A DNA stretch of 64,000 bases. It comes from an uncultured virus (IMG/VR IMGVR_UViG_3300005821_000187). Lineage: Duplodnaviria > Heunggongvirae > Uroviricota > Caudoviricetes. The stretch is from the IMG/VR virus record IMGVR_UViG_3300005821_000187. The stretch is one strand, 5' to 3'. Below, one piece after another: positions 44,838 through 54,461 of the stretch; position 1 is the stretch's first letter; each line of letters begins with the position of its first letter. A program made the translations under genes and the position numbers. The notes beneath the pieces are model-generated. The model had not been told where the DNA came from. It saw nothing but the letters and a program-made list of their open reading frames with translations, and ran no database searches.

Positions 44838-46250
44838 CTACACGAGCGTGATATTGGCGGCCGTGATCCGCGCGACCTGATCATCGAGAATCACTTGATC
44901 TGCGGGCGGTGTGGAGCCCGTTAGTATTTGGAACCGAAAGTTGTACATGCCGGTCACCCCCATCGCGCGTTCGATGATCTCGCTCACGATCACGTCGGCT
45001 CCGATCGGCAAGTTGTTTATGTATGCCTGAATCACGGTGTCGACTTCGGCCGCAACCGTCACGGTGTCGAAGCCCCCAAGCACACTGACTGACGCGGTTA
45101 TACTTTGGGGCACGAGTGTGGGCGGAAGGGTGTAGACCTGAATACCGCCGGCCCGAACCCCCGGATACACGAGCGGGTTCAAGGGGTCGCCGTCTATGAC
45201 TTTTTGGGTCTCTTGAATGAGCCCCGTGTAGTAGCGGTAGGTCATGCGCACGGCGTCGCCCGCGGCGAGCCCCGTGGGGTAGCTCACTGCGGTGAACACG
45301 ATCTTGCCTTGCGCGGCATTGAAGTTGTAGTCCGTGTCGATCACTTGAACGACGTACCCGCCGCCCGTGTCGACTTCGAGCACAAAGCTCCCGTCGTCAC
45401 GGATGGGCTTCTCCCCCGAAAAGGCTTGCACTTCCCCACCCACGGCCGATGCAATCACGATTTCGGGTGTGCCGATGAACGTGTCGTCAGACTCATCGAC
45501 ACTGCCGGTGCCGTCGTCGATGTAGAGCTGGACCGTCCCGTTCGGGATAATGGGCTCTTTCAGGTTCGCGAAGAGCACGCGCCGGCCATCGGCCAAGGTT
45601 ACGTTGTTCGCGAAGCTCTCAATAGCCGTAGGCGTCGCACGGCTGATCGCCTGGACGTAGGCGCGGATGCGCGCGCGGAACGCTGCATCGCTTTCGCGGT
45701 CGGCGGAGTTGGTGATCGCCGTCCCGTTGGTAACCGTGGTGACCCCTGGAATACGGCTTACGAACTGATTGATGCTCCCCGCAGCGACGTTGCCCCGTGT
45801 GCCTGCTTCGATGGCGACCACGGTGATCGGAAGGGAGTCTGTGCTGCCGGCGAGAATCGAGCCCGCTGCGGTCGTTTGGAACTTGATCTGCCCCTGAGCA
45901 TCCGTGGCGGCCACGATGGTGCCAGTCGGGATGGCGGTCGTTCCAATGATGCCAGGGCGGGAAAAGACGACTGGACCCGATCCTTTCAAGGCTTCGCGGC
46001 GCACGATCGTGCCCGGTACGATCTCCGCTGCGCGCGCGTCCAGATCGGAGCCAGTGGCCTTGTCGATCGCGAAGAGATCGCGAAGCCGGCTCATTTGGAA
46101 GTATTGCTCCGCGTCTTCTGACGCCGCCGCCGCAATCAAATGGTAGATCACGCTGTTGCGAGTGAGCCCCGTAAGGTTGGAGCGGGCCACTGCGCGAGCC
46201 ACCATATCGCGCTCGATTGCCGGTCGGGTTCTAGGGGTGAAAACTGGCAC
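44838..46250 (-). CDS. Baseplate J-like wedge protein
   Basis: ATGSDLDARA, AIEAGTRGNVAAGSI, DRESDAAFRARI, RAGGIQV; GGAG RBS before GTG 46250. Confidence 0.9.
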   Translation of the reverse strand: MPVFTPRTRPAIERDMVARAVARSNLTGLTRNSVIYHLIAAAASEDAEQYFQMSRLRDLFAIDKATGSDLDARAAEIVPGTIVRREALKGSGPVVFSRPGIIGTTAIPTGTIVAATDAQGQIKFQTTAAGSILAGSTDSLPITVVAIEAGTRGNVAAGSINQFVSRIPGVTTVTNGTAITNSADRESDAAFRARIRAYVQAISRATPTAIESFANNVTLADGRRVLFANLKEPIIPNGTVQLYIDDGTGSVDESDDTFIGTPEIVIASAVGGEVQAFSGEKPIRDDGSFVLEVDTGGGYVVQVIDTDYNFNAAQGKIVFTAVSYPTGLAAGDAVRMTYRYYTGLIQETQKVIDGDPLNPLVYPGVRAGGIQVYTLPPTLVPQSITASVSVLGGFDTVTVAAEVDTVIQAYINNLPIGADVIVSEIIERAMGVTGMYNFRFQILTGSTPPADQVILDDQVARITAANITLV

Positions 46251-46251
46251 G

Positions 46252-48009
46252 TTAGAATTCTCCTGTTGCCGTACCAAAGGGCAAAACTAGGTTCACGCCC
46301 GTCTGGTTTCCGCGTAGCCGGGGTGTGATCTCTTGCCTGAGCACGTCGTTTTCGAGCGTGAGCTTCGTATCCTCGATGCCCTCTACGCGAGGGTCGGCCA
46401 AGATGCCCTCGCGCAAGTTGAGAGCGGTCAACAGCATGTGCTGGATGGTGCCTTTGACGCCCACGGAGCGCCGCACGCCGACTTCGGGCACGTAGACGGT
46501 CGAGCCCCGCTCCGTGCGCACGGTGACCTCCGTACCTTGAATGACGTTATCGATCCCCCGCTTTAGGTCCACGTCCGTGAGCGACTGTGCGATTTGGAGA
46601 TCGAACTCGTTGTCTTTGAGCACCGTCGTGTCGAGCGCCATATCGATACCGTACAGAAGCTCTTCGGCCGTCAGATAGCTATTGGAAGGCTGCCCGGTGT
46701 CACCCGCCGTGCCCTCACGTACCGGGATAAGGATCACGTCCCCTGGTTTCAGCACACCGGGACCACCCCCTTCGGCGATGTAAGGGAACGAAAGGTTGTT
46801 CGCGAGGATAATCAGCTCCGGGGGCGCTTGGAACTGGTTCGCGAGCCCCTGGATCGTCGTGGTCCGGTCTACGCGCTCCCGCGCCACGCCCGTGTACTCG
46901 CTAATATCGATCGTGTCCGCATCGCCGCCGGAGCCGAGCGCGAGCCGGGTGCGCGAGCCTATGTCTGCGCCGGCCGATCTGTTGGCCAAGTCGTCGGCCG
47001 TGAGCCCTTGCTCGCCTTCGTAGCGTTCTAGGGTGTCTTGGATGCTGGACGGGCCGAACTTCTCAGGAATGGCGAGGATGCGATCTAAGGCGCTCTCTAG
47101 CCGCCTGAGTTGCCTAGAGCCTGTTTCGGCCACGGAGCCGGGAGTGAGCGTTGCGGCGCTGTTGGCGAGCCTGTCAGCGGCGTTCGCTAGGTCCGTAGCG
47201 ACGTTGGCTGCCAGCTCTAGCGGGTAGTTGATGAGCGCCACGGTGCCATCGAGCACTTCGCCCACGCCGTTGATCAGCTCTGCGGCCTGCACAAGCACTT
47301 GTTCGATGTTCTGGACGCGGGCCTTGATATCCCCAAGTTGCGACGTGGCTTCGGCGAAAGACGCGCGGGCATCGTGGAAGGCTTTGCTCAGGGTATCGAG
47401 CGCCTTGGGGATGGCCAAAAGGTTGGTTGGGACCGTGGCATCGCTGATCACGGCCATCGTGATCCGATATTCGTAGTGCAAACGCGTGGCTTTGGCGTCG
47501 CGCGGGGTCTCAAAGCTCCGGGGCACGACCACGAAATGGTCATCATCCCGCATCGAATGGAAGACCATTTGGATGAAGCTGGCGATCTTCGGGTCTTGCT
47601 TTAGCTTGCCGTAATCGCGGAACAGATTGCGCAAGTGGATGAAGTGCTCATTGCCGGAGCGCGAGCCCTGATCCCCGTTGAATGACGGCCCCCGCTTTTC
47701 GGTTATCCCGAACGTGCCGCCCAAGGTGACTTCACGGATGATCTGCCCGTTCTCTTCGGCGACTACGAAGTTGTCTTCGGTCGGCGTGAGCGTGGACTGG
47801 AATGGTTCACTTAGGATGTAAGTGCTGGGATTCAGCGCGAAGCTATGGACGGCCAACGGCTGGCGCTGATTGCGCGTATCCCGCACTTCGATGGCGAACC
47901 CGGAGCGGAAGCCCGTGCGGATATCGCGCAGTGGTGCCGAAGCGAGATCATAAGCCCCGATCTCGATGTTCCTCGGACCCGCCGATCGCACCCCACGCTC
48001 TCTAGCCAT
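46252..48009 (-). CDS. Multidomain baseplate protein: tube-initiator-like + LysM-like + gp25-like (585 aa)
   Basis: FALNPSTY...TLGGTFG N-terminus; TIQGLAN...IILANNL...LKPGDVILIP; GIDNVIQ...TERG...PEVG...ADPRV. Confidence 0.65.
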   Translation of the reverse strand: MARERGVRSAGPRNIEIGAYDLASAPLRDIRTGFRSGFAIEVRDTRNQRQPLAVHSFALNPSTYILSEPFQSTLTPTEDNFVVAEENGQIIREVTLGGTFGITEKRGPSFNGDQGSRSGNEHFIHLRNLFRDYGKLKQDPKIASFIQMVFHSMRDDDHFVVVPRSFETPRDAKATRLHYEYRITMAVISDATVPTNLLAIPKALDTLSKAFHDARASFAEATSQLGDIKARVQNIEQVLVQAAELINGVGEVLDGTVALINYPLELAANVATDLANAADRLANSAATLTPGSVAETGSRQLRRLESALDRILAIPEKFGPSSIQDTLERYEGEQGLTADDLANRSAGADIGSRTRLALGSGGDADTIDISEYTGVARERVDRTTTIQGLANQFQAPPELIILANNLSFPYIAEGGGPGVLKPGDVILIPVREGTAGDTGQPSNSYLTAEELLYGIDMALDTTVLKDNEFDLQIAQSLTDVDLKRGIDNVIQGTEVTVRTERGSTVYVPEVGVRRSVGVKGTIQHMLLTALNLREGILADPRVEGIEDTKLTLENDVLRQEITPRLRGNQTGVNLVLPFGTATGEF

Positions 48010-48069
48010 TCCGACGCTAGCTTACCCTTGGAAGCGGCTACCGCGCCACGATGGCCCGCTGATTATCCT

Positions 48070-48561
48070 TTAGAGAATGGGGGTGGCCACTGCGGCGGCG
48101 GGAGGGATCGTAACAGCGACCGTCCAGCCAGCTAGGAAAGTGTGGATCGCGGTCCCAATGGAGTTGGCTTGCGTGGCCGCGCTCGTGCCGGCTTCGGGCG
48201 CGTCGAAAATGGGCTTTAGTACGTTGGCCAGCGTGCCGGGCGTGGACGCGGCTGGGATGGCCGGCGGAGCGATCGTTGCTGGGGCCACGGCCGTGAATGT
48301 CGTGGCGACCACGAGCGCGGTGCATGCGTCTTCGAAGGCTTGTGCGGCTTCGGTGGGGGTCGAGTTGTCTCCCAAGGGGCTGAGATCGGCGTGGGTCACG
48401 CCGGGCGTGAAGAGCGTCGCGCTACTGACGCCACCACCGACTGCGGCCGTGATCCAAAGAGCTTCGATAGCATCGCCGGTCTCTATGATATCCCGCGCTT
48501 CGGGTGGGTTGGTCCACAAGCTCGTAAGATCGCTGATCAGATTGGCGGCGACCATCGTCAT
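48070..48561 (-). CDS. Hypothetical baseplate-region protein (163 aa)
   Basis: Ala/Thr-rich ORF after the spike gene. Confidence 0.55.
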   Translation of the reverse strand: MTMVAANLISDLTSLWTNPPEARDIIETGDAIEALWITAAVGGGVSSATLFTPGVTHADLSPLGDNSTPTEAAQAFEDACTALVVATTFTAVAPATIAPPAIPAASTPGTLANVLKPIFDAPEAGTSAATQANSIGTAIHTFLAGWTVAVTIPPAAAVATPIL

Positions 48562-48563
48562 GG

Positions 48564-49514
48564 CTACTTCTTTGTCTTGCTCAGGTCGGAAAGCAGGGTC
48601 GCGTCCATGGGAACAGTCGGCACATCGGAAGGCCCGACGCCCGTGGGATGAATGTGGTCATTGAAAAACTGCATGAAGCTATCCCCCAAGACGACCCGCT
48701 CATCGGCGCTTTCCCCTAGGTCGACCCGGAGCTGCGCGCCGTCTTTGAACACTTCGAGCACGTCTTCGTCTTCGCCCATGGCGATGGTGAACTTCTGGCC
48801 TTCCTTGACGCGGAGCCGTATGTCGCCGGTCGCGACGGCATTATCCTCCGTGGAGCGTTCCTGATACGCCCCCACCGTATCGATCAGCACGTCGCCGTTG
48901 GCGTTCACGCGGATCTCCGCGCCTTGGTGGTGCACGTAGTATTCGTTCGCGTAGGGTGAGCCTCGCTCTTCGGCGCCGTTGCCTTCGGTCCAGCCGTCGC
49001 CATCGCGCAACACGCGATTGGTACGCTCGTGCGTGAGCGCGCCCGTGATCAGTGGGTAGTCCGGGTTCCCTTCGACGAACTGGATCGCGACCATATCGCC
49101 GTCCATGTCATCGAACGGCGTCGCCACGCCTTCGAAGCTCCCGTCATCATTCTGCACTTGGAAGCGCAGCTCGTTCTGGCCCGTGATCGTGCGCGTGGCA
49201 GCCTTGGGAATCCAAGGTGCGTGCGCTTCGTTGATCCCGAACGCGCGCTGCATTACCGGGACGTGCAGCAAAGTTTGGTGCGTGCGCACAAGGATCACGT
49301 CGCATTCGACCTGAGCGGGGCGCCGGTTCTTTTCGTTGTCTTTGAACTCGCCCCCCTCATCGACAAGCGGGGGATAGGTCTGGACTACAAGCCCGCGGTA
49401 AATGCCGAGCCGGGGCACCATCTTGCCGTCGCGAGCCGACCGTTGATCGCGCACATCGAGACCCGACTGCACCACCGGGCCACCGCGCGTTCGAATCGTA
49501 TTGTAGCGACTCAT
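48564..49514 (-). CDS. Baseplate central spike (gpV-like, 316 aa)
   Basis: GDMVAIQFVEGNPDYPLITG OB-fold motif; C-terminal HIHPTGVGPS metal-binding tip. Confidence 0.8.
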   Translation of the reverse strand: MSRYNTIRTRGGPVVQSGLDVRDQRSARDGKMVPRLGIYRGLVVQTYPPLVDEGGEFKDNEKNRRPAQVECDVILVRTHQTLLHVPVMQRAFGINEAHAPWIPKAATRTITGQNELRFQVQNDDGSFEGVATPFDDMDGDMVAIQFVEGNPDYPLITGALTHERTNRVLRDGDGWTEGNGAEERGSPYANEYYVHHQGAEIRVNANGDVLIDTVGAYQERSTEDNAVATGDIRLRVKEGQKFTIAMGEDEDVLEVFKDGAQLRVDLGESADERVVLGDSFMQFFNDHIHPTGVGPSDVPTVPMDATLLSDLSKTKK

Positions 49515-51265
49515 GTGTTCTCCGGCGTGCTGATCTTAGTGCCCCTGTTCAAGTCGTCTTCGGAGAGCGATAGATCGGGCTGCGCGGGCGCTTCTTTGGG
49601 CGGAAGCGGGTCTTGCGACTCCCCCAAGGCGACCTGCAATGCTTGCGCGGTCAACGGATTGCCCACGGTGGGCACGCTCTTGGGGGCGCCCGTCTTGGTA
49701 CGCGCGGCTTTCTCATCCTCGCTTCGCGCCGGAATGACCTCATCTTGCGGGGCGCGCGTTTGGGCCTCAATAGGCTGCGGGTCGTCGGATTGCTTCACGT
49801 CAGAGAGCGCCTTGCTTGTGGTCGATCGCTCTTCGTATTGGGCGTACAGCGCATCTAGTAGGTTCTCCCCATCGATCTGCCCGTGCGTGACCGTGATCGT
49901 ACTCGTGCCGGCCCCCGGATAGGACCAGTTATGGGTTACGGATTCGATGTAGTAGACCACCCGGCTGCCATTGTGGCGCTCTTCGCGTACGCGCTCGCCC
50001 ACACGGAGCCCCGGAAGTAGGCGCGTGGTCGTGATCGTGCCGCTGAGCTGGCCCGGCGCCACGCCGTACCAATCATGCGCGCGTTTGAGCCAGTTGGCGG
50101 CGAGCGTAATGAAGTTTTGGCCGATCTCTTTCAGCTCGCCGGTCTCATCCTTTTCGCGTTTGTAGAGCGGTAGGAAGTTGGTGGTGACCACGTACGGGCG
50201 GATGCCATGCCGCTGCATCGAATCGAGATTGATGATCGGGATCGCGCCGGGCTTGTAGGGCTCTTTGCCGATGCTGTGCGTGAGCGCCTGAGTCGAATAC
50301 TGGTCGCCGAGCACGCCCCCGTGCAAAAGCCAGTAGTTGTACCGATTCGCCGCTCCGCCCTTGGCCAACTGCCAGCCGCGCACCATGCCTACTTTCAGGT
50401 CGAAGATCGGCGCGTTGTCCCAAAGCGTCAGACCGCCCACGCCTTCGGTGCGAAAGATGCGCTCGCGCAAGTAGAACGCGGGGCGCCACGCTTTTTTGTT
50501 CTGGTCGTAGGCTAGGTCGAGCCACATCTCATTGATGAGCCCGTTGCAATACTGTTGGAGGATATCCCAAAGCGCCGCACCCCCTTGCTGGTCCGGGTTC
50601 AAGATGCTCATGTCGAGCGTTTCGCCGTGCCCGCGATCCATCTTTTGGATCGTGTCTAAGTTGAGCGCGTCGTAGAAGTTTTCCACGCCAGCGATCTTGG
50701 CGAGTGATTGCGGCAAGCGGTATTGCCGTGATGCCAGCCCGTTGTTCCCAAGCCACCGCTTCAAAATGTCTTTGATCACCACGTCGGGCGGCCCTAGCGC
50801 GGGTTGGGTATTGTAGGCTTGGAGCATCGCGGCGAACATTTCGATGCTCGACACTGCGAAGAGATTGACGATGGTTTTCGTGTCTTCGAAGACCTTGCCG
50901 ATATCGCGACCCGTGATCGTATAGGTCTCCGTGCGCTGGCCCGAACCTTGGCGCTGGACGTTCTCTACGATCGAATCGATCATGCCCCAAAGCAAGGGAC
51001 GCCGTTCCCCGTCAATGATGTACGTAATGCGGACCCACACGCCTTCGGGAGCCGGGAAAAGCTGAGCCCACGACTGGTTCTGATCCGTGGGCTTTTTCAT
51101 CGTGATCTGAAACGTGCCCGAAGCGCCGCCAAGCCCTTTGGTAGTCGTCACGCCGACGATGCGGCCAAGCTGCGGGTGCGAACCGAACACCACCCCATCG
51201 AAGTTGTCATCCCCCTCAGAGTGAAACGCGACTTCGCATCGAGTGTTGGCGTAGGTCTCTCCCAT
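49511..51265 (-). CDS. Baseplate hub protein (584 aa)
   Basis: ASGTFQITM, ITGRDIGK, SGTIT...LRVGER...YYIESVTHNW; lies between tape measure and spike. Confidence 0.75.
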   Translation of the reverse strand: MGETYANTRCEVAFHSEGDDNFDGVVFGSHPQLGRIVGVTTTKGLGGASGTFQITMKKPTDQNQSWAQLFPAPEGVWVRITYIIDGERRPLLWGMIDSIVENVQRQGSGQRTETYTITGRDIGKVFEDTKTIVNLFAVSSIEMFAAMLQAYNTQPALGPPDVVIKDILKRWLGNNGLASRQYRLPQSLAKIAGVENFYDALNLDTIQKMDRGHGETLDMSILNPDQQGGAALWDILQQYCNGLINEMWLDLAYDQNKKAWRPAFYLRERIFRTEGVGGLTLWDNAPIFDLKVGMVRGWQLAKGGAANRYNYWLLHGGVLGDQYSTQALTHSIGKEPYKPGAIPIINLDSMQRHGIRPYVVTTNFLPLYKREKDETGELKEIGQNFITLAANWLKRAHDWYGVAPGQLSGTITTTRLLPGLRVGERVREERHNGSRVVYYIESVTHNWSYPGAGTSTITVTHGQIDGENLLDALYAQYEERSTTSKALSDVKQSDDPQPIEAQTRAPQDEVIPARSEDEKAARTKTGAPKSVPTVGNPLTAQALQVALGESQDPLPPKEAPAQPDLSLSEDDLNRGTKISTPENT

Positions 51266-51266
51266 C

Positions 51267-53207
51267 TCAGGCCGGCAGTCCTAGATCCGACTCGTTCATG
51301 GCGTCTAGCTCTTGCAGCCTACGCGCGCCGCCAACGGCTGCTTCTAGCCCGTCCACGATCTGTTTGCGCGGGTCTAGGCTCGCCGTTGGCCCCGATCCCG
51401 ACACCCCGGTGCCCTTGCCGAAGCCTTCGACCGCATCCTTGGCGACCTTCTTATCGCGGTCGCGCTTGCGGTGGCGTTCCACCTTCTCTTCGGGGCTCTC
51501 CCCCATGGTTTTGCCGATGAAGTCGCCGACCGCATCCCCCGCGGTCTCTACCGTGTCCGTGAAGGTTTCGAGCGCGCTACCCGCGCCCTCTATGACAAGG
51601 GCGCTTAGGCCGCCCTCTTTGTAGGCCGCCAGCATGTCTTTGAGCGTTTCCGTGGTTCCGCGGATGGCCTTGGTGAACGTGGGAAGCGTTTCTTTGGCTA
51701 GATCCAGCTCCAGCCGGTTGATCTCGCGCGCTGCGGTCTGCGACTGCGCCCCCATCCCCACGCGCTCCGCTTCGAGCCCGGCGACGTAGCGTGCTTCGCC
51801 TAGGCCCTTGGCAGCGCCCTTAGTGCGTCCGCGTTGGTAGTCTTTGCCCTTTGCGGTGCCTTCGGTCGCGTCGTCCGTGACTTGACCCTTTCCGCCCCCG
51901 ATGGCTCGCGCTTGTTTCGCGCTGAGCTTGATCCCGGCGCTCTGCGCGAATGCCTGAGTGACGAGCTGCCCTACGCCCTCATCTCCGCCGCTGACTTGGC
52001 GGAGCTTGTTGAACATGCTCTCCGTGATCTCATCGGGATTCTTTTCCATGTAGAGCATCGCATCGGCCAGATTCCCGCCGCTCATGTCGAGTGCTTCGCG
52101 GAGCATCATGTTCTTGGCGAAGCCGCCACCGCCGATGCCCGCAGCATTCGCGACGGCCCCTTGCATGCTCTGCGCGAGCCGGGTCGCCGCTTCCCCCTGA
52201 ATCCCGGTGTTGCCGACCACCCGCACGAGCGACAAGGCGCTTGCGGGGGTGATATCGATGCCATTGGTTCGGAGTGATTCGATCCAGCCGCTCATTTGCT
52301 GAAAGAACTTGTCCATCTTGGCTTCGCGCATGCCGACCTGGAAACCGCTCGAAATGGCGAGCTGCATTTCCTTATTGCCCCCGGTGCGACCGCCCGCGGT
52401 CCCGCCCGCGCCTAGAATGCCGCCGACGTTGCCGAAGCCCATCGTGCGCTGCATTTTCAACAGCTCAGGGGCTTGCTTTTGGAGCGCGTCGCCCGTGAGC
52501 CCCGTCTGCCCGCTGAGCCCTTGCATCATGGACGCGAGCTGAATGGGGCCTAGCCCTTGCTGCACGCCGGCTCTTTGTAAGCCGCCGCCCATTTGATTGA
52601 TCCCCGTGGCGCCATAACCCCCAGCGATCCCCATTTGCCGCTGTTGGTACTGCCCATACATGCCCTGGACGCCCTGGACCGCTCCGGCGAGTGCTGGGCC
52701 GACGATCGGAATGCCGCTCACCATGTTCCCTACGAAGCCCGAGCCCGACGCCATCGTGCCCAAGGCCGATGGCAGCCGTTGGCCAGCCATGCGTGCGCCC
52801 ATGTAAGAGCCGGCGGCCGTGGACGCCATTCTGCCCCAGAAGCCGCTTCCGCCCCCTGGCTGGCCCGCTCCGCCGCCACCACCACCGGAGCCGCCTACGA
52901 AGCGCCCTTGGCCATCCCTACGCCCACCACCGCTGCTTCCGCCGCCACCGGGGGGTGGACCACTGCCACCGCCACCGCCGGGCGGGGCACCGCTGCCCGA
53001 AGCGCCCAAGGCATTTGCCGCGCCACCCGCCTTTTCAAGCGTGGTGACTAGGTGATTCAGGGTCCGGTCGAGCCGTTCAAGGGAGCGTTCGAAGCCTTCG
53101 ACGATGGTCGGGTCGAAAGCCCGCTCCATGGTCTGCCCAAGGCCGCGTACTTGGCGGTCTTCGACCGCAACTTCGACTACTGTACGATGCCTCGTTTGCC
53201 CCGCCAT
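51267..53207 (-). CDS. Tape measure protein (646 aa)
   Basis: Gly/Ala/Met/Gln-rich helical protein directly after the chaperone genes. Confidence 0.75.
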   Translation of the reverse strand: MAGQTRHRTVVEVAVEDRQVRGLGQTMERAFDPTIVEGFERSLERLDRTLNHLVTTLEKAGGAANALGASGSGAPPGGGGGSGPPPGGGGSSGGGRRDGQGRFVGGSGGGGGGAGQPGGGSGFWGRMASTAAGSYMGARMAGQRLPSALGTMASGSGFVGNMVSGIPIVGPALAGAVQGVQGMYGQYQQRQMGIAGGYGATGINQMGGGLQRAGVQQGLGPIQLASMMQGLSGQTGLTGDALQKQAPELLKMQRTMGFGNVGGILGAGGTAGGRTGGNKEMQLAISSGFQVGMREAKMDKFFQQMSGWIESLRTNGIDITPASALSLVRVVGNTGIQGEAATRLAQSMQGAVANAAGIGGGGFAKNMMLREALDMSGGNLADAMLYMEKNPDEITESMFNKLRQVSGGDEGVGQLVTQAFAQSAGIKLSAKQARAIGGGKGQVTDDATEGTAKGKDYQRGRTKGAAKGLGEARYVAGLEAERVGMGAQSQTAAREINRLELDLAKETLPTFTKAIRGTTETLKDMLAAYKEGGLSALVIEGAGSALETFTDTVETAGDAVGDFIGKTMGESPEEKVERHRKRDRDKKVAKDAVEGFGKGTGVSGSGPTASLDPRKQIVDGLEAAVGGARRLQELDAMNESDLGLPA

Positions 53208-53219
53208 GACGTAACCTTA

Positions 53220-53630
53220 TCAGCCCATTTGCCGCTCAGATAGCAAGGGGCGCCGCGGATCTGTCTCCGCCAGCTCGATTGCATCCCATTCTGGGTCGCC
53301 CGTCAAATGGGGCGAATCAGCAATCTTCTTAGCGGCCTCATCCGTGTGCGTTTCGACTTCTGGTTCTCCCCAATCTTCGAACTCTGGGTTCTGAGAACGC
53401 CACCGCTCGCGCGCGTAGGTTTTGAACGCCTCTTGCTCGAAGACTTGCTCAGCCGCTTCTTTGAGAGTGAGCGACAATAGTCTCTCGTCGTTCGGCGGTA
53501 GGCTGTACTTTTCGGCCCACATGAGCTTCACCATCCGCGTCATCGCGGGGAGCGTCGTCATGTCCAGCTCCCGCAGCTCTGTTTTGAGTTGTTCCGCGGT
53601 TCGCAAGCTCGCCGTGAAACCTTTGCTCAT
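53220..53630 (-). CDS. Tail assembly chaperone, second (frameshift) ORF
   Basis: Overlaps the chaperone ORF in the +1 frame; KYSLPPNDERLLSLT segment; precedes the tape measure gene. Confidence 0.6.
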   Translation of the reverse strand: MSKGFTASLRTAEQLKTELRELDMTTLPAMTRMVKLMWAEKYSLPPNDERLLSLTLKEAAEQVFEQEAFKTYARERWRSQNPEFEDWGEPEVETHTDEAAKKIADSPHLTGDPEWDAIELAETDPRRPLLSERQMG

Positions 53631-54000
53631 AAGAGAGCGCCTCCTTGTAGAGAGCCGAAAGGGGGGTCGCATCGTAGCTCCCGAAGGGTTCCCACCAATC
53701 CGGCTTGGGGTCTTGGATCGTCACGGCTAGGTAGCTGATTTGCTCGACCAGAATCGACGCGTTGGCATCGGCTGCGCCGCCTTGCGGCAAGTAGGTGTTT
53801 TTGAGCCGCCCAATCGAGATTTGATCGGCCAAGGTCGGCACCTTGTAGATGAAGTCGCCTTGGTATCGTTGGCCGCGAATCCCGGTCACATCGATTTCCA
53901 GGCGCGTGATCGCCGGCAGTAGGTCGTCTTCGGCCTTGTCGGGCGCATCTACGGACGCGAACTGCTTTAGAACGTCTTCGGGGGATGGGGGTTGAGTCAT
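53449..54000 (-). CDS. Tail assembly chaperone (183 aa)
   Basis: Between tube and tape measure; YQGDFIYKVPTLADQISIG...PDWW. Confidence 0.75.
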   Translation of the reverse strand: MTQPPSPEDVLKQFASVDAPDKAEDDLLPAITRLEIDVTGIRGQRYQGDFIYKVPTLADQISIGRLKNTYLPQGGAADANASILVEQISYLAVTIQDPKPDWWEPFGSYDATPLSALYKEALSYEQRFHGELANRGTTQNRAAGAGHDDAPRDDADGEAHVGRKVQPTAERRETIVAHSQRSG

Positions 54001-54012
54001 GCCCCCCTCTTA

Positions 54013-54447
54013 CTACGCAATCTCGGATTCGTCTCGGATGCGGATCGCAACGAACTCCACATCATTCAGGACGATGCCCCGTGCGCCGATGTTTTGCGAG
54101 TAGCGGGTCGCCCGCACGCGCTCGATATTCGCCACCACGGCGCCCGATGCACGATCTTCGATCGACGCCGTAAGCTCCGGGCTCGTGAGAATGTCTTCGA
54201 GCCGGGGCTGGATCACCACGCCATCGCGCAGCTTGATCGGGTTCGTAATGACCCGAACCATTTGCGCGGTGAACGTGACGCGGTAGCCGGTCGGAACGTG
54301 CTCAGCGACTTCGAACTGGTCGAGAATTTCAATCCCTTCCATCGAAATTTCCTCGCTGTACGACACATTGGTGGCGTACATGACCTTGACCCCTTCGATC
54401 ATGAGCCGCGCTCTCGCGCCTGAAAGAACTAATCCTCTACCGGCCAT
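54013..54447 (-). CDS. Tail tube protein (144 aa)
   Basis: Directly after the sheath gene; typical size; ATNVSYSEE...EHVPTGY. Confidence 0.8.
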   Translation of the reverse strand: MAGRGLVLSGARARLMIEGVKVMYATNVSYSEEISMEGIEILDQFEVAEHVPTGYRVTFTAQMVRVITNPIKLRDGVVIQPRLEDILTSPELTASIEDRASGAVVANIERVRATRYSQNIGARGIVLNDVEFVAIRIRDESEIA

Positions 54448-54461
54448 TGATGCCCCCTACC

